Origin: a virus
Lineage: Duplodnaviria; Caudoviricetes
Direction: 5' to 3' (one strand)
Length of the DNA: 48,824 bases
Virus record (IMG/VR): IMGVR_UViG_3300026848_000010
Location: 1 to 48,824 of that record
Made by a program: the position numbers and the translations under genes. Under the pieces are notes generated by a model. It saw nothing but the letters and a program-made list of their open reading frames with translations. It searched no databases and had not been told where the DNA came from. Positions 25,163 through 34,076 of this stretch are shown piece after piece; within the stretch, counting starts at the first letter, position 1; every line of letters starts with the position of its first letter.

Positions 25163-26776
25163 ATGGCTGACGCAAAAATGCTTCTCAAGGAACTTGAGAA
25201 GAAGAAAAACGGCAGGAGCATCTGGGACGATCATTTCGATGATCTTGCCCGTGTCATGCTGCCGACCCGGCGCGGCTTTGTCACCATGGAAATTCCGGGT
25301 GAGGAGCGCACCGAGGACATTTATGACGGCACACCGATGCAGGCGGCGCGCAGTCTTGCCAATGCCATTGGATCGATGTTGCGCTCGGAAAAGATGTTCT
25401 TCATCAAAACCAGCGAAGGGGTTGAGGAGAACGACGACGAAGCCAAGGCGTGGCTGGAAGATTCACGGCAACGGCTTTATTCCGCCATTATGAACCCGCG
25501 CGCCCGTTTCATGCAGTCTACTGGGGAGGTTGATCTTGATCTTGTCGTGTTCGGTACCGGGGTTCTGTATGTTGGTGAGCACCCGAGATCCGCACGGCTT
25601 CAGTTCCGTTCCAAGCACCTGAAAGATACCTTTATCGGGGTGTCGGAAGATGGGGCCGTTGACCAGGTATTCTGCGAATATCACTGGACCGCACGCCAAG
25701 CAGTTCAGAGGTTCGGCGATAATGCCGGTAAAATGGCCAAGAAGAAGCTCATCGATAAGGAACCGGACAAAAAGGTTTGCTATGTCCAGTGCGTGTTCCC
25801 GCGCGACGATTACAAAATCAATGCCGTTCTGAACCGTGACATGCCGTTTGCGTCGGTGTGGATCGAGAAAGACAGCGAAGAAGTGGTGCTGGAATCCGGG
25901 TTCGTCGAGTTCCCGTTCGTGGTCCCGCGTTGGGATACTGCATCCGGTGAGACCTATGGCCGCAGCCCGGGTATGATTGCATTGCCAGACAGCAACAGCT
26001 TGCAGGCGGTTGGCGAAACGCTCCTCATGGCTGGCCAGCGCAGCGCCGATCCTGCCCTGTTGTTCCCGGATGATGGCATCATCAATCCCGGACAAACCGC
26101 ACCGGGTGGCATTTCATACTATGACGCCGCGATGCTGCGCGGTTTCAACGGCAACCCGATCTTTGCCATGCCTTCGGGGTCCAACATGCCGTTGACGCTG
26201 GAAATGCAGAACGGCATGCGCGACCAGATTTTCAACGCCTATTTCCGAAACGTGTTCAACCTGCCGATCAGCGGCCCGGCGATGACGGCAACAGAGGTCA
26301 TCGAGCGCAAGGAGCAGTTTATCCGCGAGATCGGCGCGGTCTTCGGGCGTCTGGAATCGGATTACACCGGGCCCATGATAGAGCGTTCGTTCGGGATCAT
26401 GTTGCGTAACGGTGGTTTCCTGCCTATCCCGCAGTCTCTGGCAGGCCGCGAGGTTGTGTTCGAGTACGACAGCCCGGTGCATCGTGTCCGTCGCCAGATC
26501 GAAGGCATGGCGGCACAGCTTTGGTTGCAGGATGTGGGGCAGGCAGCGCAGATTGACCCATCTGTGCTCGATAACGTTGATGTCGATGCCTACGCCAAGT
26601 TTCAGGCCGAGGCGCGCGGTGTCCCGTCAACCATCATGGCAACCGCTGACGCCGTTGAGGCCAAGCGTCAGGCCCGTCAACAGGCGCAACAGCTTGAGCA
26701 GATCGCATCGCTTGCCGAACGTGGTGCAGAAGTCGCATCGAAAGTACCGCAAGAGTTTGCCGAGGCCGCACAGTAA
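25163..26776 (+). CDS. Portal (T7-like head-tail connector)
   Basis: DLVVFGTG, PFVVPRW..GETYGRSP, MTATEV. Confidence 0.95.
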   Translation: MADAKMLLKELEKKKNGRSIWDDHFDDLARVMLPTRRGFVTMEIPGEERTEDIYDGTPMQAARSLANAIGSMLRSEKMFFIKTSEGVEENDDEAKAWLEDSRQRLYSAIMNPRARFMQSTGEVDLDLVVFGTGVLYVGEHPRSARLQFRSKHLKDTFIGVSEDGAVDQVFCEYHWTARQAVQRFGDNAGKMAKKKLIDKEPDKKVCYVQCVFPRDDYKINAVLNRDMPFASVWIEKDSEEVVLESGFVEFPFVVPRWDTASGETYGRSPGMIALPDSNSLQAVGETLLMAGQRSADPALLFPDDGIINPGQTAPGGISYYDAAMLRGFNGNPIFAMPSGSNMPLTLEMQNGMRDQIFNAYFRNVFNLPISGPAMTATEVIERKEQFIREIGAVFGRLESDYTGPMIERSFGIMLRNGGFLPIPQSLAGREVVFEYDSPVHRVRRQIEGMAAQLWLQDVGQAAQIDPSVLDNVDVDAYAKFQAEARGVPSTIMATADAVEAKRQARQQAQQLEQIASLAERGAEVASKVPQEFAEAAQ

Positions 26777-27159
26777 TGGAAAAATACGGGCTGGAAATCT
26801 TCGTTGTTTCCATTTTGTCCCTTGTCGTTGTGGGTGTCGCCTTTGTGGCATGGCGCAAGACCAGAACAAACGGGATTGATGCCTTGACCGCGCTGATCGG
26901 GATGATTGGGCGAGAAGAACGTCTTGGGTCGAATGACCGGTATCGTCTTTACCGGCGTGTCTTCATTGATACAGCGGAAGGTCGCAAGGTTTTGAACGAT
27001 ATCCTTGCCAACTGTCACATCTATCACACCAGTCACGGCAAGCATGACGCCCTGAACACCGCCTTTCTTGAGGGTGAGCGCAATGTAGCGCTCCGCATTG
27101 TTCACACGATCAACAAAGAACCGGCAGAAATGCCAACCAAAGCAAAGGAAGCGAGATGA
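26776..27159 (+). CDS. Bbp19-like protein
   Basis: YRRVF..EGRKVLNDI..TAFLEGERNVALRI; unusual hydrophobic N-terminus. Confidence 0.75.
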   Translation: MEKYGLEIFVVSILSLVVVGVAFVAWRKTRTNGIDALTALIGMIGREERLGSNDRYRLYRRVFIDTAEGRKVLNDILANCHIYHTSHGKHDALNTAFLEGERNVALRIVHTINKEPAEMPTKAKEAR

Positions 27160-28169
27160 CTGTTACAAAGATTGGCTCCCCAGTTCTGATGTTCGGTGAC
27201 TGGCCGTTTGGCCCGCGCATCTGCTTTGATAAGGAAGGGTCTGGTGGTGGTGGCGAAGGAACACCATCTGGTGGTGCGGAAGGCGCTGCCGGAGCAGAAG
27301 GCGGAACGCCAGCCTCCGATACTGAAGGAGGGACACCAAAGGCGCCGTCTGCCGGAGGCGAAGTACCCACGGCTACATCGTGGCGTGACAGCATCACCGA
27401 TCCCGATCTGCGCAAACAGGCTGAACGGTTCGGATCTCAGGAAGATGCCATTCGTGCCGTTGTCGACATGCGCAAGAAGCTGTCAACCGCCATCGTCCTG
27501 CCGGGCAAGGATGCCAGCGAGGATGACATCGCGGCCTATCGCAAACGCATCGGTGTCCCGGAAAGCCCGGACAAATACGATATGCCGGTGCCGGAAGGTT
27601 ACGAGCCGACCGAGGAGGACAAGGCGTTTCGTGGAGCTGTCTCCCAAAAGTTCCATGAACTTGGCATCAACGCTGAACAGGCCAAGGGCATTTCGACATG
27701 GTGGAACGAGTTCAATGCCAAGGCCGCCGAAGCGGAAAAGACGGCAAATGAAACCTATGCCAAGCAGCAGCAGGAAATGTTGCAGAAGAAATGGCCGGGG
27801 GACGAGTTCGCCAAAAATACCGATTACGGTAAGCGCGGTCTGAAAGCCTTTGCCGAGAAAGCCGGGGTCAATGTCGATGATCTCTTGCAGATCAAGACGG
27901 CAGATGGTCGTTACCTGCTGGATAACGAGCAGATGGTCCAGGTCTTCGCCGCGATTGGTCGTGAGTCCGGTGAGGACACTATCGGTATCTCCGAAAGCGA
28001 ACGCGCGACCGTTCAGGAGAGGATCGCCGAGCTTCGCGATAAACGCGACAAGGCTCAGGGCGCAGGCAAGAATGATGAAGCCAAGAGGATTGATCAGCAG
28101 TTGATGGAATTGTACCGCAAGACTGAGGGCAGTACACCGGTCATTGGTGCAGGGCAGAGGCAGTTCTGA
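27156..28169 (+). CDS. Capsid scaffolding protein
   Basis: Gly-rich N-terminus, SWRDSI, IGVPESPDKYD, helical acidic body; position. Confidence 0.85.
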   Translation: MTVTKIGSPVLMFGDWPFGPRICFDKEGSGGGGEGTPSGGAEGAAGAEGGTPASDTEGGTPKAPSAGGEVPTATSWRDSITDPDLRKQAERFGSQEDAIRAVVDMRKKLSTAIVLPGKDASEDDIAAYRKRIGVPESPDKYDMPVPEGYEPTEEDKAFRGAVSQKFHELGINAEQAKGISTWWNEFNAKAAEAEKTANETYAKQQQEMLQKKWPGDEFAKNTDYGKRGLKAFAEKAGVNVDDLLQIKTADGRYLLDNEQMVQVFAAIGRESGEDTIGISESERATVQERIAELRDKRDKAQGAGKNDEAKRIDQQLMELYRKTEGSTPVIGAGQRQF

Positions 28170-28615
28170 TGTCTGACCGGGAACAATACGAGGCTGCGGA
28201 CTGGATCAGCGGGTGCAGCGAAAAGGTTGTCAGTCTCGCAAAGGTCTATATGGAAACCGCGTTTCGTCGTGCCATGGATGCCTATGGCGTTGTTCTCGGC
28301 GATATCGTCTGGGAGATTAAGAAGCCAGGCGATGACCGGGTTCCTAATCCGCCCGAAAACATCGAAGACCCGCACCTGCTTTATGGTGCCGCCGAAGTCC
28401 TTTACCGGAAGCCTGTTGTTGCAAAGGCCGCGGCCGGCATGATCAATGACCTTGAACCCGAAGACCTTGAGAAAATGCGTATCGCAACCCGCCGTGCGCA
28501 TCGCTCTGTTTATCCGGGCGCCGCTGATTTAAGTGATGCCCAGTGTGATTCCATCATCAACCGTCAGGGTCCTGAGACAGTCGAAAAGCTGATCAGGTCA
28601 GGCACGGTTCATTGA
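28169..28615 (+). CDS. Hypothetical protein between scaffold and capsid
   Basis: TGATG coupling to the scaffold gene. Confidence 0.65.
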   Translation: MSDREQYEAADWISGCSEKVVSLAKVYMETAFRRAMDAYGVVLGDIVWEIKKPGDDRVPNPPENIEDPHLLYGAAEVLYRKPVVAKAAAGMINDLEPEDLEKMRIATRRAHRSVYPGAADLSDAQCDSIINRQGPETVEKLIRSGTVH

Positions 28616-28755
28616 CCTTATGCCGGGTAACCGGGAAGGCGTATAGACGGCGAGTGGCCTTCGGGAAAACAACCCCGTCACCCTGTGGTCCGGTTCACGC
28701 TTTTTACGGACGCGACAGGGATTTTTAGAAACATATTTCGTTAGGTCCTTTATCG

Positions 28756-28880
28756 CTGGCTACCCGGAAACGGCCCCGGCACCCGACCATTTACCAAGCA
28801 TCCAGAAGCCCCGGATCGACGTCGAAGGCCCCGCCTTTGCGGCTACCCTGACATGTTTATCTGGCTACCGGACGGATCGC
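28756..28880 (+). promoter_or_regulatory. Structured capsid 5' leader with three CC/CUAC internal loops
   Basis: Three GGCTACC copies, each opposite a GCCCC within a helix. Confidence 0.6.
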
Positions 28881-28914
28881 TCTCGAAAGCAACGCTCAAC
28901 GAGGGTGATTTACC

Positions 28915-29778
28915 ATGAGCACTTCAATTACCGTGGCATTCGTCAAGTCGTACACTGACGACGTGAAGGATGCATTTCAGCGACAGGGCAGTCTGCTGCT
29001 GAACACCGTGCGTTATGAGCCGAATGTTGTCGGCTCCACGCATACCTTCTATCGCATCGGCAAAGGCACCGCGACGACCAAAGCTCGTCACGGCAAGATC
29101 ACGCCGATGAACCAGACCCATAACGCTCTCGAAGCAACGCTGGTTGACTTCTACGCCGGTGACTGGGTCGACAAACTGGACGAAAACAAGATTTCGATCA
29201 ACGAGCGTCAGGCTCTCGCCCGTGGCGGTGCCTTTGCTCTGGGCCGCAAGATCGACGAGCAGATTATTACGGCTCTGGACAGCACGACCGAAGCCACGGT
29301 TTCCTGGACCGTTACTTCGGAAGCGGCAGTTCGTAATGCCCTGATCGAAATGGCCGAAGCCCTTTGGGCGAATGATGTGCCAAACGATGGCATGGCATTT
29401 GGCCTGCTGACGCCGCGTTCGTGGTCTCGTGCCATGACGGTCGAAGAGTTCTCCGATTCCGATTATATCGGGATGGAAAACCTTCCGTTCCGTGATGGTC
29501 CCGCAACCAATGTGCGCATGAAGTCTTGGAATGGCATCAACTGGATGATGCACACCGGGCTTCCGGGCACAGGAACGTCGTCTGCCGACAACTTTGTTTT
29601 CCATCAGACCGCAGTTGGCTATGCCAGCGGTCAGGAAATCTCGGCCGACATCACGTGGCACGGCGATCATGCCGCCCACTTCGTCAACCACATGATGAGC
29701 GGCGGTTGCGTCCTCATCGAAGACGCCGGTGTTATTCGCGGAACCGCGAACGACGAAACCGCGCTGTCAACGTCGTAA
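28915..29778 (+). CDS. Major capsid protein
   Basis: FQRQGSLL, DWVDKLDE, ALGRKIDEQII; GAGGGTG SD; position. Confidence 0.92.
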   Translation: MSTSITVAFVKSYTDDVKDAFQRQGSLLLNTVRYEPNVVGSTHTFYRIGKGTATTKARHGKITPMNQTHNALEATLVDFYAGDWVDKLDENKISINERQALARGGAFALGRKIDEQIITALDSTTEATVSWTVTSEAAVRNALIEMAEALWANDVPNDGMAFGLLTPRSWSRAMTVEEFSDSDYIGMENLPFRDGPATNVRMKSWNGINWMMHTGLPGTGTSSADNFVFHQTAVGYASGQEISADITWHGDHAAHFVNHMMSGGCVLIEDAGVIRGTANDETALSTS

Positions 29779-29793
29779 GGGGAGGGCAAGATC

Positions 29794-30090
29794 ATGGCTT
29801 ATGTTTCTGGCAACCTCGTCCTCATGGCGCAGGGTAACGGGTTTTGCCGTTATCGTTACGACACCACCGACACTGCGGCGACTGTCGATGGCGACGGTTA
29901 TTTCAACAACGATGATGACGATCTCCAGCTTCGTGTTGGCGATATGATCGAAACCGTTGTCTGGAATACCGCTGTCCGAACCGGCACCATTGCAGATGTA
30001 TCGCTTCACATTGTGATGGTTGTCGATGCCAATGGCACCGTTGACATCAGCGATGATATCTATGGCGCAACGGTTACCTCTGGTGACTGA
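29794..30090 (+). CDS. Capsid decoration/cement protein
   Basis: YDTTDTAATVDGDGYFN..LRVGDMI; strong SD; follows MCP. Confidence 0.75.
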   Translation: MAYVSGNLVLMAQGNGFCRYRYDTTDTAATVDGDGYFNNDDDDLQLRVGDMIETVVWNTAVRTGTIADVSLHIVMVVDANGTVDISDDIYGATVTSGD

Positions 30091-30622
30091 TGCCTATGTT
30101 TCAGACGGGGTTTCGGCCCCGTCTGTTCTTGTTCTTGGCAATGCGGAAACATTACCCGACGATTACGCCCGCGCCCGGCTATTGCGGCCTGACGCGGATA
30201 TAATCGCCGTTAACAATGCCTGCCGGTTTAAAAGGCCTGATCATTTGTTTTCCCTTCACCCGGAAAAGATGGCGGTCTGGAAAAATGTCTGCCTCTCGAA
30301 ATGGGGGCAACTGCCGTGGTGTCATGGTGCCAAAAGGGCGAAATTCGCCGCGGTTGATTGCTGGTGGCCCGATGCTTCAGGCCAAGGTTCAAGCGGCTGG
30401 AGTGCCGCCAAGCTGGCGCAACTTCTGGGATATGGGGAAGTCATTCTTTGTGGTGTCCCGCTTGCCCCGATGCCTTATCACAGGCGCGGCCCGGCCAAGG
30501 CATTCACGAACCGCAAGATACTGGAACATTACCGAAACGGCGTCAGCGCAGACACTGCATGGCATAGCCCGGTCAGATCAATGTCGGGCTGGACGAAACA
30601 GCTATTGGGAACAATCGAATAA
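30083..30622 (+). CDS. Maf/DUF115/GT29-like glycosyltransferase
   Basis: VLVLGNA, IIAVNNA, PDHLFSLH, GSSGWSAAKLAQLLGYGEVILCGVP. Confidence 0.6.
   Translation: MTDAYVSDGVSAPSVLVLGNAETLPDDYARARLLRPDADIIAVNNACRFKRPDHLFSLHPEKMAVWKNVCLSKWGQLPWCHGAKRAKFAAVDCWWPDASGQGSSGWSAAKLAQLLGYGEVILCGVPLAPMPYHRRGPAKAFTNRKILEHYRNGVSADTAWHSPVRSMSGWTKQLLGTIE
30103..30138 (+). terminator. Post-capsid terminator inside the next ORF
   Basis: CAGACGGGGT-TTCG-GCCCCGTCTG followed by TTCTTGTTCTT. Confidence 0.7.
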
Positions 30623-31197
30623 TGGTCAAAATTCGCTTCCCCGGTGCCCCGATCAGGGCACGGGTTATCCTCGATATAGCCCGCGAAAACGGATATCGGA
30701 ACGGGGTAGAGCTCGGGGTTTTCCGTGGCGATACGTTCCGGTGTCTGGTCAAGAACGGCCTTTTCATGGCCGGGGTTGATACATGGCGACCAGCACCGGA
30801 ACAGGAAGGCAGGCATAAGGATGGTGGCCGGTCTTATGTCGAGCATGATCTCGAGGGGTTTTATGTTGGCCTGCGCGAATGGCTGGGGATTGAAGGAACA
30901 CAATGGGGCAGCATCAAGAAGGCAAAATATCCTGCACAGTTGATGAGGATGACCACAACAGAAGCGGCAAGCACCATTCCTGACAACCGTTTCGATTTTG
31001 TCTTCATTGACGCCGATCATACCTATGAAGGTGTCAAGGCTGATATCGAGAACTGGAAGCCGAAAGTGCGGCCGGGCGGCATGGTGATCGGGCATGATTA
31101 CAACCCCCGTGATTTTCCGGGAGTAGTCAAAGCGGTTAACGAGATATTCCCGGAATTTAGCCTGTATGACGACCGGGTATGGGCGGCGCGGGTATGA
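30622..31197 (+). CDS. Class I SAM methyltransferase (Methyltransf_24-like)
   Basis: VELGVFRG, GVDTW, FDFVFIDADHTYEGVKADI..GGMVIGHDY. Confidence 0.9.
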   Translation: MVKIRFPGAPIRARVILDIARENGYRNGVELGVFRGDTFRCLVKNGLFMAGVDTWRPAPEQEGRHKDGGRSYVEHDLEGFYVGLREWLGIEGTQWGSIKKAKYPAQLMRMTTTEAASTIPDNRFDFVFIDADHTYEGVKADIENWKPKVRPGGMVIGHDYNPRDFPGVVKAVNEIFPEFSLYDDRVWAARV

Positions 31198-31751
31198 AAA
31201 TACGGGAGCCGATCATAATCGTCGGGACGCCAAGGTCCGGGACTTCGATGGTCGCGGGCCTTTTTCATTGCCACGGTGTCTTTGTCGGAGAATGCCGTGA
31301 AGCCGATGGCCTGAACCCGAAAGGCTATTTCGAAAATATCGAACTTGATGTCTTGCGTTCCGTTGACCTGCTGCAACGCCGCGCCGTTGGCAAGATTTTG
31401 TGTGGGCAGGGTTATAACGGTGGGCCATGGCTGGCGAAACATACGCCCCGGTATCACCATTGCTGGCGCGAGTTCCAGCCCAAGTTCGTCAAGGTCCGTC
31501 GTGACACGGAACAGGTGTTACGCAGCCGGATCGCAAGCGGTTGTTTCGATGAGACGGAAGCCGAGGCGCGGCAGATCGTCGACCGCGATGTCAATATCAT
31601 GGAACGGCATATCAAGGGGCCGGTTGTCATGACCGATGAAGTGGCACGCGGCAGTTATGGCACGCTCCGTGCGGCAATGGAATTCTGTGGCATAGCCTTT
31701 AGCGACAGCATTGCAGACGATTTCGTGGAGGCATCACTATGGCACGGATAA
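31194..31751 (+). CDS. PAPS-dependent sulfotransferase
   Basis: IIIVGTPRSGTS 5'-PSB loop, NPKGYFE, KHTP, VRRD....RS 3'-PB motif. Confidence 0.85.
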   Translation: MKIREPIIIVGTPRSGTSMVAGLFHCHGVFVGECREADGLNPKGYFENIELDVLRSVDLLQRRAVGKILCGQGYNGGPWLAKHTPRYHHCWREFQPKFVKVRRDTEQVLRSRIASGCFDETEAEARQIVDRDVNIMERHIKGPVVMTDEVARGSYGTLRAAMEFCGIAFSDSIADDFVEASLWHG

Positions 31752-32230
31752 GCTCCCGTCACTTAAGAATGCAACGATCCCTTCATGCCGCCAGCTATGG
31801 CGTTTCAGGCTGGAAATGGGCAGTTCCTGTTGCCGTTCTGGCCGGCGAAACCGGGGCGTCAACTATTCTGGATTATGGAGCAGGCAAAGGAACGCTTTCT
31901 AAGGTCTTGGCGGATCATTTCGATGTCAGGAATTACGATCCGGTTACGTTCCCTGATGCCCCAGGCAAAGCCGATATCGTGGTTTGTACCGATGTTCTTG
32001 AGAACGTCGAGCCCGATGGTCTTGACGAAGTTCTGTGCCACATCGGAACGTTGGCGCAGAAAGGCATCTTTATCGCCATCGCCCTGCATCCCGAAGAAAA
32101 GAACCGGGACGGTCTGGTCAGGCGCGATCCCGAAGAATGGTTCGGACTGCTCCGCAAGTTCTGGCCGAATGGCCGTGCCGATATCGTCGGTACCGGAACC
32201 AAACGCGCAAGGTTTATCGTCACATGCTGA
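31739..32230 (+). CDS. Class I SAM methyltransferase
   Basis: ILDYGAGKG, NYDP, DIVVCTDVLENVEP. Confidence 0.85.
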   Translation: MARISSRHLRMQRSLHAASYGVSGWKWAVPVAVLAGETGASTILDYGAGKGTLSKVLADHFDVRNYDPVTFPDAPGKADIVVCTDVLENVEPDGLDEVLCHIGTLAQKGIFIAIALHPEEKNRDGLVRRDPEEWFGLLRKFWPNGRADIVGTGTKRARFIVTC

Positions 32231-32955
32231 GGGTTGTCTGCTGGCTCTGGTCTGATCCGGAATACCGGTTCAACCATCTTTTCCGCTATGGCCCGGAACA
32301 CGTCAACAAGCTTCATAACGGTCTCAAACGTCACCTCCATATCCCGTTTGAGCTGTGCTGCATCACTGATCTCGACGGCGGATTTGATGACGGGATCAAA
32401 ATCATTCCGATCTGGGATGATCTTCGCGACATGGGCGGCTGCTGGAACCGGCTCAAGGTCTTTTCGGCGGCGATGAAGAAAACCATCGGGCCGCGATTTG
32501 TATCGATTGATCTTGATTGTGTCATCACCGGCGATGTTACCCCGCTTTTTGATCGCAAAGATGATTTCCTGATCTGGAAAAACGTGCATCGCCATACCCC
32601 GTATTGCGGGTCGATGTTCATGATGAAGGCGGGGGCACGACGTGAGGTATGGGACCATTTCAATCGTGATATATCGCTGCGGCAATGCCGCGAGACCGGA
32701 TTTGTCGGAACCGATCAGGCATGGATCGGCACGGCATTGGGTCCAGACGAGGCGGTATGGACCGAAGCCGACGGTGTCTACTCACTGGCCCGCCATATCG
32801 CATCCGCCAAAGAACTGCCGGATCGCGCCAGACGGAAAGGCACGACCATTGGTCTGCCTGACAATGCCCGGATCGTATTTTTCCACGGCGCGCGAGACCC
32901 ATCCCAACCTGAACTCCAACGCAAACACCCATGGATTGCCCAGCACTGGCAATAA
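32224..32955 (+). CDS. GT-A fold glycosyltransferase (GT8-like)
   Basis: VVCWLW, YGPEHV, CITD, WNRLKVF, IDLD (DxD), GTDQAWI, VFFHG. Confidence 0.85.
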   Translation: MLRVVCWLWSDPEYRFNHLFRYGPEHVNKLHNGLKRHLHIPFELCCITDLDGGFDDGIKIIPIWDDLRDMGGCWNRLKVFSAAMKKTIGPRFVSIDLDCVITGDVTPLFDRKDDFLIWKNVHRHTPYCGSMFMMKAGARREVWDHFNRDISLRQCRETGFVGTDQAWIGTALGPDEAVWTEADGVYSLARHIASAKELPDRARRKGTTIGLPDNARIVFFHGARDPSQPELQRKHPWIAQHWQ

Positions 32956-32969
32956 ATAAGGAACCTGTG

Positions 32970-33464
32970 ATGACCAAATCCGAAAAAACCGAAATCAAAG
33001 CACCGCTGTATCGCGCGAAACCCGGTTCGCTGGCAATTTCCGAACCGACGCCGTTTTGCCGCAAGTTCGCCCATCGTGCCGAATGCACCGTCGAGGACAT
33101 GCTGCATCCCCTGTATTTTGCTGCCGAAAGCGGCGGGATTGAAGCCGGGGATTCCATTCGTGTGGTCTGCATCCGCGGCGGACGCGTCCGGGAAATGGCC
33201 GAGATCGTTATTGTCGAGATCAATGGACGCGAACTGGAAACCAAGCTGATCGGTGACGTGATCAGCTTCGATGCGCCGGAAAAGAAACCGGGCAAGCCGG
33301 ACGAACCCAAAGGCCCGGAATTTGTCAGCGATGCGGGCACTGTGACCGGCGATGACGAAAACGGCTATGTCGTCAAGGTCAAAGGCAAGGTCGTTGCCAA
33401 AGTCGGTGACAAGCAGCTTGCCGAGAACATTGCGCACGGCAACGAACCCATCCCGGTAAAATAA
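32970..33464 (+). CDS. Hypothetical virion-region protein
   Basis: AAGGA SD; HPLYF..IEAGDSIRV echoes the decoration protein's GYFN..LRVGDMI motif. Confidence 0.65.
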   Translation: MTKSEKTEIKAPLYRAKPGSLAISEPTPFCRKFAHRAECTVEDMLHPLYFAAESGGIEAGDSIRVVCIRGGRVREMAEIVIVEINGRELETKLIGDVISFDAPEKKPGKPDEPKGPEFVSDAGTVTGDDENGYVVKVKGKVVAKVGDKQLAENIAHGNEPIPVK

Positions 33465-33476
33465 TCGAGGCCTGTC

Positions 33477-34076
33477 ATGGCAAGCAAAGTCGGTATCGCA
33501 AACCACGCCCTGACGCTGATCGGGGAAAGGACCATCAACTCGTTTGAAGATGGTACGGCGGAAGCAAATTTCGTCAGTCGTCGTTATGATGACATCCGCG
33601 ACGAACTTTTGCGACAGCATAACTGGGGTTTCGCGACCAAACGGCAGAAGCTTGCCCAAAGCGCAACCGCCCCTGTCTTCGAATATGACTACGCCTATCA
33701 GTTGCCGTCAGACTTTATCCGCTCCATTGCGATCTATGGCGATGATGGCGGTAACAGCATGATTGATTACCGGGTTGTCGGCGAAACCATCCAGACTTCA
33801 TCGCAAGAGGTCTGGATGACCTATGTCGGTCGTGTCGACGATCCGAACCAGATGCCCGTCGATTTCAGGTCGGCACTGGCCTACATGCTGGCTTATGAGG
33901 GGACGATTGCGCTTTCCGACAATTCGTCGCTGCGTGATCGGCTGGCCGGTGACGTCGATAACAAGATCCGGCGTGCCCGAAGCAGTGATGGCATGGGGGA
34001 TAGCCCGACCCAGCTTGCGCAGGGGTCATGGATCAATCGTCGATGGGGCAGCGGCGGGAGACTTCGGAAATGGTGA
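33477..34076 (+). CDS. Tail adaptor (T7 gp11-like)
   Basis: IANHALTLIGE, LLRQHNWGFA, YAYQLPSDF. Confidence 0.88.
   Translation: MASKVGIANHALTLIGERTINSFEDGTAEANFVSRRYDDIRDELLRQHNWGFATKRQKLAQSATAPVFEYDYAYQLPSDFIRSIAIYGDDGGNSMIDYRVVGETIQTSSQEVWMTYVGRVDDPNQMPVDFRSALAYMLAYEGTIALSDNSSLRDRLAGDVDNKIRRARSSDGMGDSPTQLAQGSWINRRWGSGGRLRKW

Noticed and set aside
29760-30130. Programmed frameshift fusing capsid or decoration protein to the next ORF
   Set aside because: No canonical slippery heptamer seen; an overlapping GTG start at 30083 is simpler.
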